From contig NC_082722.1 of NCBI RefSeq assembly GCF_030144855.1, positions 20,708,001-20,772,000 on the forward strand: a stretch of DNA of 64,000 bases, in the 5' to 3' direction. The position numbers and the translations under genes are program-made. The notes under the pieces were generated by a model. That model had not been told where the DNA came from, searched no databases, and saw nothing but the letters and a program-made list of their open reading frames with translations. The DNA comes from Hypanus sabinus. Taxonomy: Eukaryota. Positions within the stretch are counted from its first letter, which is position 1, and each line of letters begins with the position of its first letter. Shown here one piece after another: positions 11,171 to 22,699 of the stretch.

Positions 11171-14029
11171 AGACACAGCATAACAATCAAAGCACAGGTA
11201 CAGTAGATTAATGAGAAATTTTCTGCAATTAACTGAAATTCTCGTTTTAATGCAAGAATGAAAATCATTATTTTAAAATTGCACGATCTAAATATGTTAC
11301 TTAAATATATACACACACACGTAATGCTTTAGAGTAAAATACCGTGTTTGCATGGAATTACCAATCAACTCCGTTGTTCCTCGGAATATTTATAAGCATC
11401 CTTGAACATATGAGATAATAATTGAAATAAAAGGAATGTACCGGACGAATTCGATGGACCAGGCAGTGCAGGTGAACACATGCGGGTTTTGAGTTGGAGA
11501 CTCGGGATTTAGAGTGTAGAGGGAAAATGCGCAATATATTAATGTGAAAAGGGGTGCGACCGGTGGTAATTAGAACCAAGCTTGAGGGTTGGAGTGGTGG
11601 AAGGTTTGAAAGAGTAGCAAGAAAGGTTTGTTCCAATTTGCTCATTGCAGAATCCTGCAAAGACATATAATAACGACGGAGTCAAACATGTTTTTTTAAT
11701 ATGCATTAAAGGACATATTTTGGACAGTTGATTGTACAGAGCGATACCATCCAAGAAAATGATACCATGGGTTTAATGCTGCTCAGTAGGGAGTGCAAAG
11801 CGACCTTTATTTAAGTTGTTTAATGAGACACATTTTGCGTGTAATGCATCCTCAGGGATTCGCCGAAGCATTGTAATCGTGATTTTGTCCTCTAATCCAG
11901 AAATGAGAATTTCAGATCTCCATGAAACAAAGAAGGAGTGATCAAAATCATGTCTGCTGTATAGCGATTAAGATATCGATTATCGACAGACATTTGGATT
12001 CCTTGTTAGTAGTGGAATGCTTCTAAATAGATTGTGAAAAGTCAAAGCGATATAATTAGGGGACGGGGGATGGGGTGGGGAGGTGTGGTCGAAACAGCGT
12101 TGCAATTAAAGATGGCGCCCTCTCCCGGCCGTCGCAGTGACAGAATGCACTTGATTCGGATAATTCATAGGAATTTTCATGATTATACGACAGCCTGTAC
12201 TTTACAAATATTTAAAGCCACTGAAACCGCTATCGTTTATATTATTGTTATATTTATTTTCTTTCTTCATCAGAGTATACTTTTTTTCAGATAAATATAA
12301 CACACACGTGCGTTTCTATTAGTATTACAGAGTTATTTTTTTTCAGCAAAGTGTATTCTCCAGTGCGAGCAGGTAATGATACAGGTTTGAAACGAAGTTG
12401 AGGTGAGCTGAAAGTAAATACGACCTGAAAAGCACTTTAGACAATATCACCAGCAATTCACACTTGCTTGAGCAAATAGGCTACGCCTGTTACCAGTAAT
12501 CTCTACGGTTACTCTTTTCTCACGGATGCTGCCTGACCTGCTGAGTTCTTCAAGCGTTGTGTACGTATCCTTTGATCCACAGCATCTGCAGTTGTATTTT
12601 TGTGTATTTGTATATGGTGTTGGAGCTGGACATAGCCTCGCAGATGTAGATGTAAAGCGAGTGGAGCAAGAGGTTGCGTAGGCATCTCTGCGGTGATCCT
12701 GTGCTGATGGAGATTGCGGAGGAGATGTTTTCGCAATCCGAACGAACTCTAATGCTGGCGTCTACAATGAGGAAGTCCAGGATCTAACTGCAGAAGAGCC
12801 TACTGAGTGCCAGATTTTAGAGTTTACTGTTTGGTTTCGCGGGATAGATGGTGTTAAATACCGTGCTGTAATATAAATCTCCGAAAAATAAATATAAAGG
12901 AGGGAGATAAGTCTGCGTAGGAATAGACCGGAGGCATTACGTCTGGTGGACTGAGCGCAGTATTGCTGTGCTGATACACAGCATTATCCCTGCTGCCTTT
13001 GGGAAGGAAATACAGAATGCTTAAGTCCCAAACCGCCAGGTGTAGGAACAATGATTACCTTCAACCATCAGGACTCTAAACCAACGTGGATAATTTCACT
13101 ATTTTCGATACTGAACTGATTCAATAAACGATGGACTTGCTTTCAGTTACCTTACAAATCATGTTCTCAGCATATTTACTTGCCTAATCATTTATGATTA
13201 TTACAATTTTCTGTATTTCCACAGTTTGTCTTCCTTTGCACATTGGTTGTTTGTCAGTCTTTGTATGCGGTTTTTCACAGATTTTGTAGCTTTTCTTTGT
13301 TGCGCTGCGAATGCCCGAAAGAAAATGAGTCTCGGGGTAATAAATGGTGACAAATACGTAACTTGATGTTAAGATTACTCTGAACGGTGAACTTCAATTT
13401 AAGGATGCTGCAGATACATTGGATACAGTTGTGCGTAATGGTATATAAGAATGATCCGTAGATGGGCGTGTAGTCTTGTTGGCCTGGCTACATTTGTATC
13501 TGCTGAAGTACAGAAACGGAAAAGTGGTATCGATTGATATGTATTTGATCCAGAGGGCTCTAAACGAGGTAGCTATGAGAGGCTTATATGCCCATGTGAG
13601 GAAACATAAATAACTCTCAGTGCTCCGAGTCTTTGGATGTCTCCTCCTGAAACAAAACATTAAAACCTATATTTTTTTGTGATTTTAATGTTGACGATAA
13701 AGTCTGCTCAAGAAGCAGGAAGTCGAACGGAACTGTAATGGGCGGGGTAGGAATTTGTTGTTACCGTCAGATCCGTCACAATTTTGTTGAATTTTGCAGA
13801 CTTTTAAGATTACAGATATGCCTTTGAAATCGCCGTCTTGTTGGAAGGTAAGCTCCTTTCTCTTTTGAGTCACCTCCAACAATTCGCTGCAGACAAGCAC
13901 GTTAAATAGCCCCGAATGTTGCCTCAATGACAAAACTGCATGACTTTCTATTGCCGGTATTGTTCGAATAATTAGATATATACTCATTGGCCATTTTATA
14001 ATGTGCATCCGCATACCTGCACGTTAATG

Positions 14030-14490
14030 CAAATATCAAGTCAGACATATATGTGGGAGCAAAGGAGTGCATAAAAGCATACAGACATGGCCAAAAAATT
14101 GTAGTTGTTGCTCGGACTAAACATCGGAATGTGGAAGAAATTCGATCAAATTGACTTTGACCGTGGAATGATTGTTGGTGCCTAACTGGGTAATTTGACA
14201 TCTGAGAAACAGTTCATCTCGCAACTTCATGTCCAACAATCTCTAAAGATTAAAGAGAATGATGCGAAAAAAACGGGAAACCCATCAAGTGAATGACAAT
14301 TATTTAAGCGAATGTTCATAGTTAATGAGAGAGACCAGAGGAGACTGGCTAGACTGGTTCACGCTGACAGGAAGGTGACAGTAAACACGTGTTACAGCAA
14401 TGGTGTGCAGAAGAGCATCTCTAAAACCACAACACGTTGAATCTTGTAGCAGATGGGCAGCAACAGCAAAAGATTACGAACATACAGAAA
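14030..14490 (+). mobile_element. Tc1/mariner transposase 5' remnant
   Basis: gactttgaccgtggaatgattgttggtgcc...ggtgtgcagaagagcatctct, typical of Tc1 HTH-coding sequence. Confidence 0.75.
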
Positions 14491-15559
14491 AACATTCAAT
14501 GGCCTCTTTATTGTATACTTCCTGTAGTTAATAAATTTGTCATTGCGATTATCGTGTCTATGGATGCGAATTCATTTTCCCTACTAATGCAGTTCATATA
14601 AATGTAAGGCAGACTTCACTGGGGGAATGCATTTCCTACGCATGCTGTTCAGTTCCTCATTGGTCAGCTGCTACCTAAAGGTAATTTCCGTTTAACAATA
14701 ATGGATATGAACAATTTACCTTCACTTTCCATTCCTAAGTTAGGAATTGTGGTCCTTCATTTTATTTTCAGAACACGTGGACAATTTATTTTACTAATGG
14801 AATCAGGGATGCAACTTGAATTTACCTGCTCCATTGTAGCATGTGTCGATTATTCAAGGACACTGATGTTTCCAATATTTTGGTTGTCTCGATTTTCTCT
14901 TCAGTTTCTCCAACCGTGGTGCAGTTCGTAGCAAAACTGCACTAACGGCGACTCCTTTGCTTGCATATTCGGAAAAAAACGCTGGTTCCATCCTTAATAT
15001 CTAGTTTTTCCTTTTCAAGTTTCCTTTGCAGACCCTGACTTGTAGTTCCTCGAGGACATCGGTTCTCTGTGGCACTGGGACCCGCTCTCCTGGCCTCACG
15101 AGCGGCCGCTTTTAGATTTGCCGAGCACGCGGGTGGAAGACCAGCGTGCTATCAGGATAACGTATTTTCGTGGCTCTCGAAACGAGCTCATTTGAGGCCG
15201 CTTCCGCCGCCTGATGTGTGGTGGGATTACGCAGAAGTTTGAAAGCAGCGAATGGGCTGCTGGCTATGTGTCAAGAGACCACAGTTCTTTGGACACAGAG
15301 CTCGGAAAAAGCGTGGCAACAGACTTTTAACACCATGATTCAACGAGGAGTTTTGTTATGTCTCCCCTGTCGCTGTGAAACGTGGACATCTCTTTTTTTC
15401 CGTTATAAAGGACAGAGAGAGCCCGTGGTATGTGGAAAACCGGGAGGACGAGTAGCCTTTGGGGTACTGCAGGTCTGTGTCTTTTTTTTTTGAAGCTTTG
15501 CCGCACGCATGAGTGCTCGGTTGAGGATGCAGATGCTTTTTATCGTTGGAGTTGGAGGG

Positions 15560-16020
15560 AGTGGTCGTTGCTTAGCCCTCTATTTTTACGAAGCTGCATG
15601 TATCCTTCTAAAAGCCTCATAAAATACCCTGTCGTATAAGCCTCTAAAACCGTTGCTGGCAGTATATTCCACGCACTGTGTAAAAAACTTAACCCTGACA
15701 TCTCCTCTGTGCCTGCACCCCAGCAACTTAAACCTGTGACCTATCGTGGCAACCATTTCAGCCCTGGGAATAAGCCTCTGACTATCCACACGATCAATGC
15801 CTCTCAGCCTCTTGTACAACTCTGCCAGGTCACCTCGCATCATCCTTCCCTCCAAGAAGAAAAGGCCGAGTTCATTCAACCTATTCTCAGAAGGCATCCT
15901 CCTCAAACAAGCAACATCCTTGTAAATCTCCTCTGCACACTTTCTATGACTTCCACATCCTTCCCGTAGTGATGCGACCAGAAATGAGAACAGGACTCCA
16001 AGTGGGGTGTGACCAGGGTT
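15560..16020 (-). mobile_element. CR1 RT 3' fragment
   Basis: RLNELGLFFLEGRMMRGDLAELYKRLRGIDRVD. Confidence 0.85.
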
Positions 16021-18050
16021 CTATATAGACAATGGACAATAGACAATAGGTGCAGAAGTAGACCATTCAGTCCCTCGAGTCTGCAACGCCATCTGAGATC
16101 ATGGATGATCATTCACTATCAATATCCAGTCCCTGCCTTGTCCCCATATCCCTTGATTCCCCTATCCATCAGATATCTATCTAGCTCCTTGGAAAATGAT
16201 TACCAATGCATCCGCAATTTCCTGAGCCACTTCTTTTAGAACCCTCGGATGCAGACCATCTGGACCCGGGGATTTATTAGCCTTCAGTCCTACCAGTCTA
16301 CTCATCACAGTTTCTTTCCTAATGCCAATCTGTTTCAATTCCTCTGATATCTTATGACCCTGGCCCATCCATACATCTGGGAGATTGTGTCCTCCCTGGT
16401 GAAGACAGATCTAAAGTACGCAATAAATTCTAATGCCATTTCCCTGTTTCCCATAACAATTTCTCCCAATTCATTCTTCAAGGGGCCAACATTGTTCTTA
16501 ACTATCTTCTTTCTCTTCACATAGCTAAAAAAAGCTTTTGCTATCCCCTTTTATATTCCTGGCTAGACTGAGCTCATACCTGATTTTTTCTCTCCGTATT
16601 GCTTTTTTAGTTAAGATCTGCTGTTCCTTAAAACTTTCCCAATCATCAGTATTCCCACTCATCTTAGCCCTGTCATACTTCTTTTTCTTTAATGCTATAC
16701 AATCTCTGACTTCCTTTGTCAACCACTGTGGCCCCTTCCCCCTCTTTGAATCCTTCCTTCTCATTGGAATGAACTGCTTTTGCATCTTTTGTATTATCCC
16801 CAAGAATATCTGCCACTGCTGATCCACTGTCTTTCCTGCCAGGGCATCTGCCCATTTAACTTTGGCCAGCTCTTCCCTCATGGCTCCGTAGTCTCCTTTA
16901 TTTAATTGCAACACTGACACCTCTGATCTGACCTTATCCCTCTCAAATTGTAGATAAAAACTTATCATGTTATGATCACTACTTCCTAATGGCTCCTTTA
17001 CTTCAAGATCTCTTATCAATTCCTGTTCATTACACATCACCAAGTCCAAAATAGCCTCGTTCCTAGTTGGCTCAAACACAAGCTGTTCCAAAAATATATC
17101 CCTTAGACACTCCACAAACTCCCTATCCTGGGGTCCAGCACCTACCTGATTCTCCCAGTTCACCTGCATGTTGAACTCTCCCATAACTACTGCATTACCT
17201 TTAGCACATGCCAATGTTAACTCCCTAATCAACTTGTACCCAATATCCACGCTACTGTTTGGGGGCCTGTACACAACACCCATTAGGGTCTTTTTACCCT
17301 TACTGTTCCTCAGCTCAATCCACACAGACTCTACTTCCCCTGTTCCTAAGTCACCCCTTGCTAAGGACTGAATCTCATTCCACACCAACAGGGCCACCCC
17401 ACCCCCTCTTCCCATATTTCTGTCTCTACGATAGCACGTATACCCTGGTTCACTCAATTCCCAGGCATGATCCCCTTGCAGCCATGTCTCCGTTATCCGA
17501 ACAATATCGTAGTTCCCCATTTTCATCTGAGCTTCAAGCTCATCTGTCTTATTTCTGACACTACGTGCATTCAAGTATAGAATTCTTAGCCCATTCCTCC
17601 TCTCTTTGCTTAAAACACTGTCTATAGTACCTAACCCAGCTCCTTGAACTTCCATCGGGCTAATTGCACCTTGAAATTTGATGACCTTCTCAAGATCACC
17701 AAAACATTCTACGCATTTAACCCCATGCTCCTTCTGACCAACCCTCTGTACATGTAACTTTTCCAACACATGTTCTGTCTCACCTTTCTCCTTTACACAA
17801 TTAATATTTGTGAAACGTGTATTCCCCACCTGTCCCTTATCCTTCATCATATCATCTTCTCTCGTATACTGGATCCCTGCCCCCTGCACATCTAGTGAAC
17901 CACCCCCCCCCCCCCCAGCAGCACTGGCAAACATTCCTGCAAGAATGTTAGTACACCTCCAGTTTAGATGTAGACCGTCCCTTCGAAACAGATCCCAACG
18001 TCCCTGGAACAAAGACCAATTATCCAAAAACCTGAACCCTTCCTTCCGGC
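16020..18050 (-). mobile_element. CR1 with intact EN, RT deleted, (ATTGTCT)n tail
   Basis: Esterase end RDGLHLN, EN YLNARS...RITETWL...YRPP...SDHN, KSPGPDGLHPRVLKE, then a jump at about 16195 to the 3' UTR and tail at 16024-16048. Confidence 0.9.
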
Positions 18051-18250
18051 NNNNNNNNNNNNNNNNNNNNNNNNNNNNNNNNNNNNNNNNNNNNNNNNNN
18101 NNNNNNNNNNNNNNNNNNNNNNNNNNNNNNNNNNNNNNNNNNNNNNNNNNNNNNNNNNNNNNNNNNNNNNNNNNNNNNNNNNNNNNNNNNNNNNNNNNNN
18201 NNNNNNNNNNNNNNNNNNNNNNNNNNNNNNNNNNNNNNNNNNNNNNNNNN
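18051..18250. other. Assembly gap (200 N)
   Basis: N run. Confidence 1.
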
Positions 18251-19736
18251 GTTTCAGCCTCTTCTTTCCTCCTTTCAGCCTTCCTTTCTTCCTCCTCACT
18301 CCTCCTTTTACCTTCCTCCCTTCGCCTCTCAGCATCCTCTCTTCGCCCTGCAGTTTCTCTCTCTCTGCTTCCAGTTGCCTTATCCAAAGTTCATGCTGCC
18401 TCTTCTTCTCCTTCTCAACCAACCTTAATTTTTCTATCTCTAACTGAACCTCCCCCTCTGCTGGTTTCCTCTCAGGGAACAGGTCCAACAAATTTGGTGT
18501 GAACACACCCTTGGATAGATAATGCATAGCTATTTCTCTCTGTATATCTACCTTTCTGAAGGACGATTTCACCTCTGGGAGATCAAATCGTTTCGCAACA
18601 TTCACCATTCAGCTTTCCTGGCAATCTCTAGTGCTCCCGCAGTCGTGTCTTAAAAATTTGACAATGTCCATCTCTGCTGGATTCCCGTCTGATTAATCTC
18701 ACAACCAGATCAGATAAGGGACTCTTATCCCGATTCAGTGGCCCCCTAATTTGGTAATCAAATCTCGAGAAGAGGCCCCAATTTGTTATGTACCCCGTAC
18801 CTGGGTGTCAGACCGGCAGAGATAGAAGTATCCGTTGGGCCAAACTAAAGGTGGTACCAAACTAAAGGTTTTTATTACTAAAAATAAGCCAAACCATATC
18901 AATAATTCAAATATACATATAAACAAGTTAGCAGTAATAAACCTAACAGTGTAGGAATAATAATAATCAATAATAAACGAGCTCTATCGATGTCTAGGGG
19001 TAAATGAATTGTCATCGAAAAGTATAAAGTTCAGTTCAGTTCATGAGTGCTGATGTGGTTATGGTTGTTGTATTGCAATTGTTGGAGAGAGTGATAAAGA
19101 GAGCGAGCGAGCGAGATGTAACAACTCCAGCAGCCAAACCTTCCTTTGCTTTCTTAATTCGGTTGTACCGTTGTTATGGTGGTCATTCAGCTATGACCTC
19201 TCCGTCCTTCTGCTAGACCGTTCTTCTGTGGTGGACTCATTACTCTGGCACGAGTGGACACGCACACAAGCCCACACCGGCCCTCCTTTTACACTGATAG
19301 CCTTACTGACCGACCTCATTCTTGTGTCTTCGAAGCCTCCGCCTTTCCTGTGGGTTCCAAAACTCAATCAGTGTCCACTGGCGTGTCTGGAGGGTGTCTC
19401 TCTCGACCTGTCTTTTTATCCCTACTAACGGGGTCTCATCTATTCATCAATGCTGAATGACTGTGTCCATCAAATCAGGCCACTCCTTGTCCACTGAGGA
19501 ATGTTATTGAGCAAACTATTGTCCTTACAACGAAACAGTAAGTACTTCAAAAAAGGGAGTCACAATATTGTTAATCAGCAATTTCCCCCTCTCTCCTATC
19601 TGTCGCAGATGGTCTTGCTTGTTTTTAGTTTATCTTTCTCATTGTCAGCATAGCAACAGTAATAGTTCGTGGTTCTCGGGGGGGATGGTTAACTCTCTAT
19701 CCCATTGTCCATCAGGTCTGTTCATCACTCATAACA
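18251..19736 (-). mobile_element. Gypsy (Gmr1-type) 5' LTR (18784-19736) + PBS + gag N-terminus, truncated at the gap
   Basis: LTR bounded by TG(18784)...CA(19736), homologous to 59320-60255; gag ATG at 18671, homologous to the 53425 ORF. Confidence 0.85.
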
Positions 19737-19799
19737 ACAGGCACATGGATGAAAGAAAAATGGAGAGTTATCTTATAGTGTGGGTTTAGTACTTTTTTA

Positions 19800-20530
19800 A
19801 GTATTATATTGGTCGGCACAACATGGAGGGCTGAAGGGCCTGTACTGTGCTGTAGTATTCTATGGTTCTATGTGGTACCTTATCAAATGTCTTGCTGAAA
19901 TCCTTATACAATACTTCTACTGCCCTTCCTTCATCAAAGTGTTTAGTCCCATTCTCAAAAAATTCAACCAGTCTTGTAAGGCACGACCTGTCCTTGACAA
20001 AGCAATGCTGACTACTCTTAATCACATTATACCTCTCCAAATGTTCATAAATCCTACTTCTCAGGATCCTGTCCATCAACTTCCCCAGTAAAGTTACTGA
20101 TCCCAGTAAAGTTGCTTTTACTAACTGACACACACAGAGACTCCGCAGACTATCCCTTTATGGCGTCCACCTTTTCTGCAGCTGTGACACAATCTCTGAT
20201 CAACAGTGCCACGCCCCAACTATTTTCCCTCCCTCCTTGTACTTACTGAAACTTCCAAAAACGGCACTTGAATTAACCAGTCCTGACCGTAGGCCCTCTA
20301 AGTCTCTGTAATGGCCACCACATCATATCTCCAAGAACTGATCCACGCTCTAAACTTATCCGCCTTATTCACAACACTCCTTGCATGAAAATAGACACAT
20401 TCCAAGCGTTCTGTCTGAGCACGTCTGTTCTCGACCATCTGCCTATCCTCCCTTTAGCACTCTCTGCAAGCTTTCTCTATTTGTGAGCTAACCGCCTCTT
20501 CCCCAGTCTCTTCAGTTCGGTTCTCACTTT
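19800..20530 (-). mobile_element. CR1 fragments
   Basis: LGKLMDRILRSRIYEHLER...DFSKTFDKVPH plus decayed EN sequence. Confidence 0.75.
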
Positions 20531-22699
20531 TATTCCCATTTTTGTTCGCAATTTCAACACTAAAAGTAGTCGATTATTTGTTGGCCGGAGGCACTTCCAA
20601 CCTAACGGTCGGCTCAAGGAAGGAGTAAATGATACTTCGAAATTCACTATTGTCTCTCCTGAATATAACTACGTTCAAATCAAACTAAGAATATTTTGGA
20701 CCTATTTCCAGTCATAGTTCGCGTTGCGGAAGTTAACTGGGATTTTCAGCTTTTCGTCCTCTTTAAAACATGTACATATGCGGACGTTGTAAGTACCTGT
20801 TTCTGACTAAAAGCAGATGCAATTTTGACACTGAGAAGGTGCAGAGAGGCCGAGGCGAACGTGTTAATCTCGTAACTTATGACCTGTGAAAGTCAATCAT
20901 ATTGTTCATTATCCTGCGGCTGCACAGGCGCAATAGTCTGAAAGATGATGATCACATGTGTTTCTGTCTCTCATTGATTATCAGCGACAGGCTGTAACCG
21001 CAATGTAGCTTTCTATTTCTGATTTTCCATTCGGGCTGAAAACTTGAACTACGGTCTATCTCTCACGCACAGAGCAATGCGATGCTAATGTTGCAAATGG
21101 TTATTTTAATTATCGCCGATGGTCAAATTGACATGCTGTTTCTGTGGGTTGTATATTCAGCCTTTTTGAATAATTGTAAAAAAAATTCGGAAATGAACTT
21201 CGATCAAAAAGCTGCCACCTCAAACCTAGAAGACTGAAAGAAGATTTTTTTTTACCTGGGTCTCATTGTCTTCCTGCTTTGAAGTAACTTCGGTCATTAT
21301 TGGAATAAGCTAAAGTCGAAGTACTGTTGCAACTTTCAAGGCATTATCTGGCTATAAACATTTTTGTGACACTATTATAGAGTTCAGGATATTTAAATTT
21401 TCCCGGTTTCTTTCCTTTTCAATTTAAAACTTAGTTTCAGTGAAATCATCAACCATCGTCTAACACATTCCCTGAACATAAAGCAAGGGTAATATTGTTT
21501 GTGCAAAAGGCCAAAATAGGCGATCGGGTGAAACCTGTTTACATTTCCAGACACGTAGATTCGCAAGCTTTGTAGTTAGTGAAATTTTGTAAAATATCAT
21601 GGGATTTACATTGTTGTACCTGGTTAAAATGTTTGTTTTCACAATGTCAAGTATTTTTTTTATAATTACATATTTCTAGCATCTTAGCATGATGCAATCT
21701 CGATTTTATTATCCAAAGTAAGATCGCCTGAAGAAACAATCTGAACGTATGTAGCAGTACCCGTTTTCTAATATTCTGTTTAGTATATTACATTCACCTT
21801 CATCTTTCGTGAATCTTAACCCCGCTCATCTAAAGTGTGTTTATTTTTCCAGTCTGAGTTGCACTGTGCTTTCAGCTACTTCAGAAGTACCGATTACAAA
21901 ATCTACCTCAAGCTATTTACCAACTTTTTGCTCTGCACTCGATTCTGAAGATAACCATACGACTCAGTGCGATGGTTCTACCTCCAGGATAGTGCCACTG
22001 AAGGGATTTCTTCATACATGAATAGGTATTGTATGTATAGCTATATCGGGTACCTTCATGACAGAATCAATTCGGAATTGACTTACTTTCCTTCTGTTTG
22101 CCAATCGAAGCAGTAACACCTACCGATCATCTAGCCTCAGCAAAATGTTTCCTTCTCATTGACTATATAATAGCGATCATTGTTCTTTTGTTAATGTCAA
22201 TTCAGGTTCACAATATTATGAAAGCCATGAATTTTTCATGCAGTATGTAATCATGATGTGGGTCACAACGCGCTTCTATGTTTGCTGTTTATATTGCGTT
22301 AAGTGCCAGATAATCCGATGAAAGGTGACGCTTTGAAATAGAAACATCGTAACATTTAAATCAAACTTAATTCTGTGGTTTATTTTGGATGATCCAACAC
22401 AAAGGTACGTGTGGATTCGAATCAGCAAACGCATTACAAATATAGCCAACGTATACTTGAACGTTTCTGTAGAATTTCATTGCTCAACTTATATTCTATA
22501 CAGTTTTATTTGAAGTAAAGCCGAATACAATTCTGTTCTACGACTCACTCTTATCACTTAATCGCTAAAGGAACATCGGGCTGATATTTGAAGGCAGCTG
22601 AAACAGTAGAATGTTTACTTGAATGTAAACTTTTCTTATTTGTCTCCACCTTCATTTTTGCATTGAGCTAATCACTTTTTTTTTCTCAATCTATTTTTC

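Larger units (their letters stand above)
13040..22090 (-). repeat. Inverted paralogous block, copy A (13040-15560 and 21050-22090 match copy B)
   Basis: Collinear reverse-complement matches to 38590-41270 and 36480-37340, including non-repeat sequence (e.g. ORFs 14701+ and 39186- encode near-identical translations). Confidence 0.85.

Noticed and set aside
16525-18387. 620-aa ORF apparently fusing a coiled coil, an esterase and an endonuclease
   Set aside because: It spans a 200-N gap and joins Gypsy gag to CR1 sequence, so it is an artefact
20538-20615. J-segment-like LLAGGTSNLTV preceded by CATTTTTGT-12 bp-CACTAAA (RSS-like)
   Set aside because: The heptamer lacks the essential coding-proximal GTG, there is no FGxG motif, and no GT donor follows
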